Shown here one piece after another: positions 10,375-19,476 of a stretch of 64,000 nucleotides of DNA. A program made the translations under genes and the position numbers. The first letter of the stretch is position 1. The number at the start of each line of letters is the position of its first letter. The notes beneath the pieces were generated by a model. The model was not told the DNA's origin and searched no databases. It was given only the letters and a program-made list of their open reading frames with translations. Source of the stretch: an uncultured Acidobacteriota bacterium (GTDB lineage: Bacteria; Acidobacteriota; JAQAZP01); the NCBI GenBank assembly GCA_963836075.1, contig CAWIIB010000001.1, positions 1,760,001 to 1,824,000 of the forward strand, read 5' to 3'.

Positions 10375-12759
10375 ATGATGCTCACCAGGGTCCTGCTCGT
10401 TCTGCTGCTTTCTCTTTCCACGTTCACCGCTGCCGCTGAAGTGCGGGTGACCACCGTGGACCTGCTGGCCGACCTGGGCCTGGCGGTCAACGGCGCCGGC
10501 CCGCTGCTGGTGATGACCGACGTGGAGCGCAACCGGGTGATCGCCCCCTGCACACTCAGTTCCTCCATCTCGATCATTGACGGCGCCACGCACAAGGTGA
10601 CCAACATCCCCCTGGAAACCCGGGCGATCCAGCATCTCAAGGCCGAGGCGATGACCCTGCGCCGTTCCACCGGGGAGATCTACCTGCTGGGCACGAAGCG
10701 CTTTCACATCGTCTCCCCCGACACGGGAAAAGCGCTGTCGGTGGACACCGGGTCGCAGTTCGAATCCATTGCGGTGGACGAGGCCACCGGCAACGTCTTC
10801 CTCGCCGGCCGCGAGTGCCGCTCGCTGGGGATCTACGAGGCGGACGGCGGCACGTTCCGCCTGCTGGACTGGACCGGCCACGAGGAACCGCTGGTCAACC
10901 TCAACCAGACCCCGCCCCCGCCGATCCGCAAGGTGGTGGCCGACCCCGTGCTGGACCGCATCATCGCGGTGGACGGGTTCGAGAGCACGTTGACCCTCTT
11001 CGACGCGAAATCAGGGGAACGTCTGCAGTCCCGGGAGCTGCCGCTGACCAGTGGCGGGCGGTGGCACCTGGCGGGGTACGACGCGGGGATGGGCCGGATC
11101 TACCTGGTCACCGAGACCGACGAGCGGAAGGTGATCGAGGCCGCGGCCATCGGTCTGGACGGCGAGGACCAGCTGGTGAAGCTGCCGGAGTTCACCGAGG
11201 GAGTGGGCATCACCTGCAACCCGGTGCGTGACGAAGTCTACATCGCCTATGACAACCACCCCTCGGTGCACGTGGTGGCCTTCGGGACCGAGCCCGCGCT
11301 GCACGAGGTCCGGCTCCCGGCCTTTGGCAACGACGCCGCGGTGGTCGACCAGGCGAAAGGCCTGCTCTACGTGGGCAGCTGGTCCCGGGGCGAAATCGAC
11401 GTGGTGGACCTGGAGACCCGCAGACTGAAGAAACGGATCACCGGCCTGGGGATCATCCCCCACATGTTCAGTATGACCTTCAACCCCAACAACGGGCTGG
11501 TCTACTTCCCCCGGGGCGCCACCGCGGTGAACGGCACCTTCGGCGCGGCGCTGGCCACGCTGGAACCGGACAAGGAAACCCTGGGCAAGGTCTACACCGG
11601 CCGGGCACCGATCGACTTGATCGAACTGCCCGGGCGGGAGAGTGTGCTGGTCTTCGATTCCGAGGATAGCTTTGCCGAACTGAAGGCCGACGGTTCGTTC
11701 CAGACGCACAAACTGCCCCATGACTTCCCGGTGCGGGCGATCCACAGCCCCGAGGGGGACGTCTACCTCTCCTACGGGCCGCACCAGTCCTACTGGCCAA
11801 CGGTCTACATCTGGGCGGCGAAGAACGGGGTACTGACCATCGACGCCGAAACCCTCGAGTTCTACGACCGGCGCATCCCCCGCCAGGCCCACGAGATGGC
11901 GCTGGACGGCAAGGGGACCCTCTACTACACCCAGAACAACTGGGGCGGCGAGGAACAGTTTGTCGGCACGCTGCGCGACCAGGTGCGGCTGATCGAGATC
12001 GACCGCCGGCTGCCGCTGGGCGACACGGTGGAACGGGAGATCACCCAGCGGATCCTGCAGTATGACCCCCGGACCGAACGGCTCTACCTGGTGCGCACCG
12101 GAGAGAAGGACGAAGACCCGAGCATCCTGCAGGTGATCGACCCCGCGGCGCCGAAGCCCGCACCGGCGGAGGAGCAGGAGGAACCGAAAGAGGACGTTCC
12201 CTCCCCGTACGTGGAGCACCGGCGCGAGCTGGGGGTAACCGCCACCAGCCTGGTTCACGACCAGGAGTTGATCTTCGTGGCCAACTTCGACTCGGACACC
12301 GTGTCGGTGGTGGCCAAGGAGGGTTTCGTGCGCCTGCCCGAACTGCCCAGCGGTGACGGACCGCTGAAACTGGCCCTCTGCGATGGCCGCACCTGGGTGC
12401 TCAACCACCTGGGCCGCAGCCTCCAGGAGGTGAAGGAGGACGGAACCAACTGGCCCTGGCCCTTTGACGGCCTGCCGGACGGCCTGTTCGCCTGGGAGGG
12501 CAAACTGGTGGTCACGGCCCACGGGCCCCGGGCGATGAACGTCGCCCTCTTCGACCCGGCCACCGGGAACTTCTCCCGCCTGCACCGGCTGGAGTATCCG
12601 TTCGGGGAAACGCGGTTCGACTCGGCCAACGTCTCCTTCTACCTCCGGGGCCAGTTCGGTGACGCCCTCTTCGACCTCTGCCGCTTCGTGGAGGACGGGG
12701 ACGGCCGGTTGTGGGTCAGCGACTTTCTCTCGGGCCGGGTCTTCATCATCGAGCAGTGA
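10375..12759 (+). CDS. Secreted YncE/YVTN-like multi-blade beta-propeller protein
   Basis: Signal peptide MMLTRVLLVLLLSLSTFTAAA. Blade motifs such as SISIIDGATHKVTNIPL, IAVDEATGNVFL and IFVANFDSDTVSVV. Confidence 0.75.
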   Translation: MMLTRVLLVLLLSLSTFTAAAEVRVTTVDLLADLGLAVNGAGPLLVMTDVERNRVIAPCTLSSSISIIDGATHKVTNIPLETRAIQHLKAEAMTLRRSTGEIYLLGTKRFHIVSPDTGKALSVDTGSQFESIAVDEATGNVFLAGRECRSLGIYEADGGTFRLLDWTGHEEPLVNLNQTPPPPIRKVVADPVLDRIIAVDGFESTLTLFDAKSGERLQSRELPLTSGGRWHLAGYDAGMGRIYLVTETDERKVIEAAAIGLDGEDQLVKLPEFTEGVGITCNPVRDEVYIAYDNHPSVHVVAFGTEPALHEVRLPAFGNDAAVVDQAKGLLYVGSWSRGEIDVVDLETRRLKKRITGLGIIPHMFSMTFNPNNGLVYFPRGATAVNGTFGAALATLEPDKETLGKVYTGRAPIDLIELPGRESVLVFDSEDSFAELKADGSFQTHKLPHDFPVRAIHSPEGDVYLSYGPHQSYWPTVYIWAAKNGVLTIDAETLEFYDRRIPRQAHEMALDGKGTLYYTQNNWGGEEQFVGTLRDQVRLIEIDRRLPLGDTVEREITQRILQYDPRTERLYLVRTGEKDEDPSILQVIDPAAPKPAPAEEQEEPKEDVPSPYVEHRRELGVTATSLVHDQELIFVANFDSDTVSVVAKEGFVRLPELPSGDGPLKLALCDGRTWVLNHLGRSLQEVKEDGTNWPWPFDGLPDGLFAWEGKLVVTAHGPRAMNVALFDPATGNFSRLHRLEYPFGETRFDSANVSFYLRGQFGDALFDLCRFVEDGDGRLWVSDFLSGRVFIIEQ

Positions 12760-12791
12760 CCAGCCCGGGTGCCGGACAGGTGAAAATCTCC

Positions 12792-13844
12792 ATGTTCCAA
12801 TGGCTGAGAAGAAGGAAGTGGCCCTGGTTTGCGGGCGGGGCGCTGTTGATCTTCGTCCTGTGGCAGCTATCGGCCAATTATTACCAGAAAGAACAGCAGG
12901 AGCTTCGGCAACAGGTCCGGGAAAAGCTGAAGGACCAGTTCCCGGAACAGGCGGAGCAATACGCCCGGACCATCGGTCTGTTCCCCTATGAAGCTGAAGC
13001 GGGCGAAAGGGATCGGGCCCGGGGACCGGTGGTCCTGATTCATGGCATGGACGACCCGGGAAAGGTCTGGCGCAGCCTGGCGCCGGAACTGGCCCGGCAG
13101 GGGCATGCGGTCTGGTTGATGCGCTACCCCGATGACCAGCCGGTGGTGGAATCGAGCCGGCTCTTCTTCGAGGAGCTGCAGCAACTTCCACGGCAGGGCG
13201 TTGACCACATCTCCATCGTGGCCCACAGCATGGGCGGACTGGTGACCCGGGAACTGCTCACCAGCCCGGACATCGCCTACCGCCTGGCGGTGGAACAGGG
13301 ACAGGTTCCGCGGGTGGACACCTTCATCATGGTGGCCCCGCCCAATCACGGCTCGCAGCTGGCCCGGTTCAGGGTCTTTGGCGAGCTGCGCGATCAATTT
13401 GTCGAGCTGACCGAAGAACAGCCGAACTGGCTGGCATTCATCTTCGACGGCGCGGGCGAGGCCAAAATCGACCTGCTGCCCGGGAGCAGGTTCCTCACCG
13501 AACTGAACGGCCGGCCCCACCCGGAGGGGGTGGAGATGCTGATCATCGCCGGCGTGACCAGCCCCTGGGACGAGAGCGACATCGAGGGCTGGGTCGACAC
13601 CATCCGTGATACATCACCAGCCGTGGACCAACAGGAAATCGATACCCTGAAAGACTACATGGTCTCAGTGACCCACGGGCTGGGGGACGGCCTGGTCACC
13701 GTCGATTCCACCCGCCTCGAGGGGATCGCTCATCTCACCGTGAAAGGCACCCACCTGACCATGATCCGCAACCTCACCGCCGAGAGCGAACATGTCCCGC
13801 CGGCCGTGCCGGTCATCGTCGAACGACTGGCTGCAGGGAGGTAG
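12792..13844 (+). CDS. Membrane-anchored alpha/beta hydrolase (lipase/esterase)
   Basis: N-terminal TM segment, VVLIHG oxyanion motif, AHSMGG nucleophile elbow, PPNHGS, GDGLV, catalytic His in GTHL. Confidence 0.85.
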   Translation: MFQWLRRRKWPWFAGGALLIFVLWQLSANYYQKEQQELRQQVREKLKDQFPEQAEQYARTIGLFPYEAEAGERDRARGPVVLIHGMDDPGKVWRSLAPELARQGHAVWLMRYPDDQPVVESSRLFFEELQQLPRQGVDHISIVAHSMGGLVTRELLTSPDIAYRLAVEQGQVPRVDTFIMVAPPNHGSQLARFRVFGELRDQFVELTEEQPNWLAFIFDGAGEAKIDLLPGSRFLTELNGRPHPEGVEMLIIAGVTSPWDESDIEGWVDTIRDTSPAVDQQEIDTLKDYMVSVTHGLGDGLVTVDSTRLEGIAHLTVKGTHLTMIRNLTAESEHVPPAVPVIVERLAAGR

Positions 13845-13846
13845 GC

Positions 13847-15511
13847 TCAGGGAGCCATACCGGTAACGGTGCACTCACTCGTGTCCAGAGCTCCCGAGGC
13901 GGGATAGGGCGGCTGGTTGTAGGGCGACGGCGTGACATCCGCGGCATACAGGGTGAACAGGTTGTCTCCCAGCACTCCCGCCACGGCGGGAATGTTCTGG
14001 TTCCAGGCGACGACCATACTGGAACCGGGAGCCACATTGGCGTACCCGGCTTTCCAGATACTGTAGTTGGTGCCACTCGCCAGGCGGACGTCGATGCGGC
14101 CGGCCAGCCGGCGCAGCTGCCCGGCATAGAGGTTCTGCAGGGTCACCGTCATGGTGGTGACGAAGGGGATGGTGCCCCAGGCCGGCTGGCAGGTCAGGCC
14201 GGCCCGCAGCGTGAGGAAATCCCCCGGATCGTAGTGGTATCCCAGATCCGCCGTGCCCTGGTCGGAGACCTGGTCGGTGCGCGTGGTGAACTGTCCGAGG
14301 CAGACGGTTCCGCTGCCTGCGGCGAAACAGACATCGTTCGCCGGGAGGTTCCCGCCATTGACGCAGGGGCTGTCCACCGGTTGCCCGGCGGCGGTCTGGC
14401 TCAGATACCAGTCCCCCCGGGGCCCGGCAATGAACAGCGGATCGGCATCCATGTTTCCCATGCCGTACCACAGGCCCTCGATGTCGGTGTAGGTGATGGA
14501 GGGAGGATCGCCGGAGACCACCCGCACCTGCTCCAGCGTGTTGCCCCAGATAATCGAGCGGAGGATGGCGGCGTCCGCCTCCTCGCAGGCCACACCCCCA
14601 CCGTTGATGTCTGCACTATTGGCCACCACGGTGCAGTTGGATATCACCGCCGAAGCCGCGCTGCAATACGCGCCGCCGCCCTGCTGGTCGGCACTGTTGC
14701 CCGCCAGCAGGCAGTTGGTCATCGTCGCCGGCGACGTGTCGAAAAAGATACCGCCGCCATGGCCGGCACTGTTCGATACAATCTCGCAGTTGGTGATGGT
14801 TGCCGGGCTCCAGCAGTAGATGCCGCCGCCGGACAGGGCCGTGTTCCCCGAAACCAGATTGCCGGTGATTGTCGGGTGAACGCCGACTCCGGCACAGGTC
14901 ACGCCGCCGCCGTACCGTCCCGCCGAGTTCGAGGTGATGCTGTTTCCGGCGATCAGCGGGGTCGAACCGGTATAGACGAAGATCCCGCCGCCGTTGTTGC
15001 TCCCCGAGGCCGTGTTCAGGGTGATGACGTTGCCGGTGATCAGCGGTGAGGCCCGCAGGCAGTAGATGCCGCCGCCGGTGGTAGCGGAATTCTGCGAGAT
15101 CAGGTTACCGTCAATGGTGGGGGCTGAATCGGCGCAGTAGATGGCGCCGCCGTAGCTGGCGGTGCCGTGCTGAATGGTAAACCCCCGGGCCACCGAAGCA
15201 GCGCCTTCACCACTCTGGAACAGGAACCCCCGGCCAACCCACTGGCAGTCGATGATGCAGGCGGCCGGCCCGTTCTCCGACTGGACGGTGATCGCCTTGC
15301 CGCCGTAGTCGAGGTTGCGGTTTCCCGGCCCGCTGTAAGAGCCGTCGGCCACCAGCACGGTGTCCCCGCTGGCGGCGGCGTCGATGCCGGCCTGGATGTC
15401 CGGCTGATCGCCGGGGACATGGACCGTTGCCGCGGGCAAAAGCCCCGGGACGGCGGCGGCCAGCAGGGCGGCGGCCAGCAGGAAGTTCAGCGGGTTCATC
15501 GATGCGCTCAT
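13847..15511 (-). CDS. Secreted right-handed beta-helix repeat protein + PYNQPP C-terminal domain
   Basis: Signal peptide, VHVPGDQPDIQAGIDAA..GDTVLVADG cap, GGGIYC/N..I..N repeats, TTRTD..GYHY linker, C-terminal domain at 13847..14212. Confidence 0.9.
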   Translation of the reverse strand: MSASMNPLNFLLAAALLAAAVPGLLPAATVHVPGDQPDIQAGIDAAASGDTVLVADGSYSGPGNRNLDYGGKAITVQSENGPAACIIDCQWVGRGFLFQSGEGAASVARGFTIQHGTASYGGAIYCADSAPTIDGNLISQNSATTGGGIYCLRASPLITGNVITLNTASGSNNGGGIFVYTGSTPLIAGNSITSNSAGRYGGGVTCAGVGVHPTITGNLVSGNTALSGGGIYCWSPATITNCEIVSNSAGHGGGIFFDTSPATMTNCLLAGNSADQQGGGAYCSAASAVISNCTVVANSADINGGGVACEEADAAILRSIIWGNTLEQVRVVSGDPPSITYTDIEGLWYGMGNMDADPLFIAGPRGDWYLSQTAAGQPVDSPCVNGGNLPANDVCFAAGSGTVCLGQFTTRTDQVSDQGTADLGYHYDPGDFLTLRAGLTCQPAWGTIPFVTTMTVTLQNLYAGQLRRLAGRIDVRLASGTNYSIWKAGYANVAPGSSMVVAWNQNIPAVAGVLGDNLFTLYAADVTPSPYNQPPYPASGALDTSECTVTGMAP

Positions 15512-15554
15512 CGGTCTCTCTCGTTTCCCGGCGGGCCGGTCCCGCGGCCGCCGG

Positions 15555-17420
15555 TCAGGGCGCCACACCGAGCACGATACAGCCGGCGGTGCCGGAACTG
15601 CCGGACGGTGCGAACGGCGGCTGGTTGTAGGGCGGCGGCGTCACGTCCACCCCGGTCAGGGTAAAGCGGTTGAGGCCCACCACACTGCTCAGTGCCGGGA
15701 TGGTCTGGTTCCACGATACATCCCGGCTCTCGCCGGGCCCCAGGTTGAGCCAGCCGGCTTTCCAGTTGTTGTAGTTCTGGCCGGCGGCCACCGCCGCATC
15801 CAGGCGGCCGGCCAGCCGCCGCGGGCCATCGACCAGCGTGCTGGCCAGCGTGACCCTGAAATTGACGGAAAAGGGAACCGTGCCCGAGGCGGGGGTGGCG
15901 GTCAGCCCCACAGCCACCGTGTCCACCGCACCACGTGCGTAGTGATAGCCGATGTCCGCCTGACCCTCGTCGCCAACCCAGTCGGTCCGGGTGGTCAGTT
16001 CGTCGAGACAGACCGTCACCATGTTGGGGGGTGGTGACTGGAACGCGATGGGGAAACAGATCGAGGCCGCCGGCACACTGCCGGCGTCGAGGCACGGGCT
16101 GTCCGCGCCGTGCCCGGTGACCACCCGGCCCAGGTAGTAGTCGCCCAGCGGCCCGGTGACGAAGAGCGGGTCGCCGTCGATCATCCCGGCCCCCCAGTTC
16201 AGGGTGCAGCCGTATTCGGCAAACACGCCGGCCAGGCCGCCCTGCACCAGCGAGTGGCTGATGTCCAGAGTCGAAGGATGGCTGCTCTCACCGATATGGA
16301 TCTCGCTGCCCAGGGGCGATGTATTGCCGGAGAGGATGGTGTCCACCACGGTGGCTGCCGACTCATAGCTGCAGGAGAGACCGCCGCCCCCGACAACCGC
16401 CGAATTGCCGGAAATCGTGTTCCCGCGAAGCAGCGGGTCGGAAAAAGCGCCGCTGCAGACGCCGCCGCCGATCCCATGGCTGTGGTTGCCGCAGATCAGG
16501 TTATTGCTGATTTCAGCGGGTGCACCGCCAAACAGAAAGATCCCACCGCCTTCTTCGTTGGCGGTGTTGCCGCTGATCACGTTGTGGGTGAACACCACCG
16601 TGTCGATATTGCTCAGTTCGACGCCGCCGCCCGTGTCGTGGGCCGTGTTTCCGGATATCTCGCAATGGGAAATGGTTGGCACCCCGAACGCACAGTACAG
16701 CCCTCCACCATGGTTTCCGCCGCTGTCCCCGTCTGCGTCGTTGGCGGAGATCAGACAGTTGGTGACCGCCGTCTCCGAGGAGTAGAGATAGAGCCCGCCT
16801 CCGCTGTTGCCGGTGTGTTCACCGGATACCGTGTTGCCGGTGACCGTACAGCCGTCGATGTCCGAAGCGTCGTAACGGCAGTAAATGCCGCCGCCCAGCG
16901 CCGCAGCGCCAAAGGTGGATGATTGGACCGAGTTGCCGGAGATGGTACAACGGGAGATCAGGGCATTTGAGGTGTCGAGAAAGATGCCGCCGCCCCGCCA
17001 GCTGGAACTGTTCTGGGTGACCAGGCAGTCGACGATGGTGGGGGACGAGTCGACGATGTGCAGGCCGCCGCCGCCCTCTCCCCCGTCGTCGCCATTGCGA
17101 ATGGTGAACCCCCGGACCACCGAATCCCGGCCTTCACCGCTGGTGATGGTGAACCCGGGTGAAAGCCCCTCGCAGTCGATGATGCAGTTTTCCGGGCCGT
17201 TGAGGGAGCGCACGGTGATCGCCTTGCCCAGCAGGTCGAGGTCGATGTTGCCGTAGAAGGTATAGGTGCCGTCGGCCACCATCACGGTATCCCCGGCAAC
17301 CGCCACATCGATGGCCGACTGGATGTAGGGATAGTCCCCGGGGACATGAATGACCGAGGCACCCCCGGCTGTGGGGATCAAGAGGAGAACCAGGATCGCG
17401 GCCATTGTGTATCGGTGCAT
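15555..17420 (-). CDS. Secreted right-handed beta-helix repeat protein + PYNQPP C-terminal domain
   Basis: Same architecture as the neighbours. ATG 17420, C-terminal domain at 15555..15920. Confidence 0.9.
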   Translation of the reverse strand: MHRYTMAAILVLLLIPTAGGASVIHVPGDYPYIQSAIDVAVAGDTVMVADGTYTFYGNIDLDLLGKAITVRSLNGPENCIIDCEGLSPGFTITSGEGRDSVVRGFTIRNGDDGGEGGGGLHIVDSSPTIVDCLVTQNSSSWRGGGIFLDTSNALISRCTISGNSVQSSTFGAAALGGGIYCRYDASDIDGCTVTGNTVSGEHTGNSGGGLYLYSSETAVTNCLISANDADGDSGGNHGGGLYCAFGVPTISHCEISGNTAHDTGGGVELSNIDTVVFTHNVISGNTANEEGGGIFLFGGAPAEISNNLICGNHSHGIGGGVCSGAFSDPLLRGNTISGNSAVVGGGGLSCSYESAATVVDTILSGNTSPLGSEIHIGESSHPSTLDISHSLVQGGLAGVFAEYGCTLNWGAGMIDGDPLFVTGPLGDYYLGRVVTGHGADSPCLDAGSVPAASICFPIAFQSPPPNMVTVCLDELTTRTDWVGDEGQADIGYHYARGAVDTVAVGLTATPASGTVPFSVNFRVTLASTLVDGPRRLAGRLDAAVAAGQNYNNWKAGWLNLGPGESRDVSWNQTIPALSSVVGLNRFTLTGVDVTPPPYNQPPFAPSGSSGTAGCIVLGVAP

Positions 17421-17455
17421 GTTCTGACTCCCCGTCGCTGCCTTTCCGGTTCCGC

Positions 17456-19255
17456 TCACGGGATGATCCCCGTCACTTCGCAGCTGTCCGTGTCCTGACC
17501 GCCAGAGGGCCAGTACGGCGGCTGGTTGTAAGGTGTGGGCGTCACGTCCTCGACGAGGAAGTGGAACCGGTCACTGCCCTCCAGCGCACCCAGCGCCGGC
17601 AGGGCCTGGTTCCAGGACACCACCAGCCCGTCCAGCGGGAGCACGTTGGCATACCCGGTCCGCCAGCCGCTGACCGTGGAACCGTCACCCAGCTCGATGT
17701 CGATGCGGCCGGCCACACGCCTCAGCTGATCGGCGTAGAGGTTGCTCAGTGTCACGGTCATCGTCGTGGCAAAAGGCAACAGGCCCAGACTCGGCTGGCA
17801 GATGATCGTCGCGCCCACGGTGCTGCAGTCGGAGGGCCGGTAGTGATAGCCGATGTCCGCGATCCCCTGGTCGCCCAGGTGATCGGTACGGGTGGACAGC
17901 TGGTTCAACCAGGCGGTTCCGTTTCCCGTGGCGATGGCGGTACCGGCGGCCTGGCCCTCACCGCTGTCGAGGCAGGGGCTGTCCGCCGGCTGGCCGGCAA
18001 CCGTCTGCCCCAGGTAATATCCGCCCAGCGGGCCCGGGGTGAACAACGGATCGCCATCGATCATGCCGTCGCCCCAGTGAAGCGTTGCGCCAGATACGAC
18101 CCAGACTCCTGACTGGCCCCCCTGCACATCGGAGTAGCGGATGGTCACCGTGGTGTCGGCGCCCACCGAAATCTCATCGCCGTAGAAACTCTGGTTGCTC
18201 CAGAGGATACAGTTGACCAGGGTGGCCGAGGTGTTGTCGCTGGTGGAGTAGAGACCGCCGCCATGTTCGACGGACGTATTGCCGAAGATCGTGGAACTGC
18301 GGATCAGCGCAGCGGAACGGGCGACATAGATCCCGCCGCCGTAATTGGCGCTGTTTCCCGAGATCTCGCAGTTGGCCAGGTCGGGATCGGAGGACCAGGA
18401 GAAGCAGCAGCCGCCCCCGAAGGACGAGGCTGCGTTGTCGCGGATGCGGTTGTTGTGGATCACCGCTGCCGAGTCGTCACAGTAGATGCCGCCGCCGTGG
18501 CTCGCTGTATTCCCCCGGATCAGGTTGTCGGTTATCGTGGGGGCCCCACTGTCACAGTTGATACCACCCCCTTCGTAGGTGGCTGAATTGTTCTCGATGG
18601 TGTTGTCGGTGATGACGGCGAACGAGTTGACACAGCCGACCCCGCCGGAGTTGTTGGTAATGGTGTTGTTTCGAACCAGTGGATGACTGTTGTTACTGCA
18701 GGAAATTCCGCGGCCGCCCGTATTCCCGTCCACCAGGTTGCCTTCGATGATCGGGCTGCTGGTCCAGCCGCAGTAAACGCCGCTGTCGCCGTTGTTCAGG
18801 ATCGAGTTGTTCCGGATCACCGCACCACCGTGACAGATGATGCCGCCGCCGCTGTTGTCCATGATGATGCAGTTCCTGATGGTTGGACTGGAATTCGATG
18901 AGCTGTAAACCACGTGGTAGGGGGATCCGTGGATCAGTGTCAGTCCGTCGATGACGGAGTCTTCACCCTCCCCGTGGCCGAACAGAAAGGCCCGCCCGTC
19001 ATTCTCACAATCGACGATGCAGAAATCCGGCCCGCTCTCGGAGGCCACCGTGATCGCCTTGCCCTGGAAGTAGTTGTTCCTGTTGCCGTCCCCGGTGTAG
19101 ATGCCGTCGGCCAGCAGCACGGTGTCACCGGCCGACGCCGCGTCGATGGCCGCTCCGATGGTGGGCTGGTCACCGGGCACATGGATCACCGCAGCCGGGA
19201 GGGAAACGGACAGAAACAGGAATAGAATCGTGATGACGACACGGCTGATGGTCAT
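17456..19255 (-). CDS. Secreted right-handed beta-helix repeat protein + PYNQPP C-terminal domain
   Basis: AGGAG RBS, ATG 19255, signal peptide, beta-helix repeats, C-terminal domain at 17456..17821. Confidence 0.9.
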   Translation of the reverse strand: MTISRVVITILFLFLSVSLPAAVIHVPGDQPTIGAAIDAASAGDTVLLADGIYTGDGNRNNYFQGKAITVASESGPDFCIVDCENDGRAFLFGHGEGEDSVIDGLTLIHGSPYHVVYSSSNSSPTIRNCIIMDNSGGGIICHGGAVIRNNSILNNGDSGVYCGWTSSPIIEGNLVDGNTGGRGISCSNNSHPLVRNNTITNNSGGVGCVNSFAVITDNTIENNSATYEGGGINCDSGAPTITDNLIRGNTASHGGGIYCDDSAAVIHNNRIRDNAASSFGGGCCFSWSSDPDLANCEISGNSANYGGGIYVARSAALIRSSTIFGNTSVEHGGGLYSTSDNTSATLVNCILWSNQSFYGDEISVGADTTVTIRYSDVQGGQSGVWVVSGATLHWGDGMIDGDPLFTPGPLGGYYLGQTVAGQPADSPCLDSGEGQAAGTAIATGNGTAWLNQLSTRTDHLGDQGIADIGYHYRPSDCSTVGATIICQPSLGLLPFATTMTVTLSNLYADQLRRVAGRIDIELGDGSTVSGWRTGYANVLPLDGLVVSWNQALPALGALEGSDRFHFLVEDVTPTPYNQPPYWPSGGQDTDSCEVTGIIP

Positions 19256-19365
19256 TCGACCTCTCCTGATCCGGTGAGACTGCTGATGGGCGTGATCAGC
19301 GTTTCGCGCGCACACGAGAGCGGCATCCGTTGCCGGATGGCGTTCACTCGCCTGCTGATGTAGTC

Positions 19366-19394
19366 AATATAGTGTTCGGGAACCCGCGGCGCAA
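19366..19394 (-). promoter_or_regulatory. Candidate sigma70 promoter for the beta-helix gene trio
   Basis: TTGCGC-17 nt-TATATT on the minus strand, about 110 nt upstream of ATG 19255. Confidence 0.45.
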
Positions 19395-19476
19395 CCGAGC
19401 CGGGGAGGGAGAGGCGGGAGAGGCCCGGGCGCCGACAGCGGACGAGGAGCCGGCCATCGGCACCCGGGAATCAGAA

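Noticed and set aside
11011-13191. 726-aa minus-strand ORF
   Set aside because: Antisense to the propeller and hydrolase genes, with no recognisable domain.
13847-19255. Autotransporter or Pmp assignment for the beta-helix genes
   Set aside because: There is no C-terminal ~280-aa beta-barrel or terminal aromatic residue.
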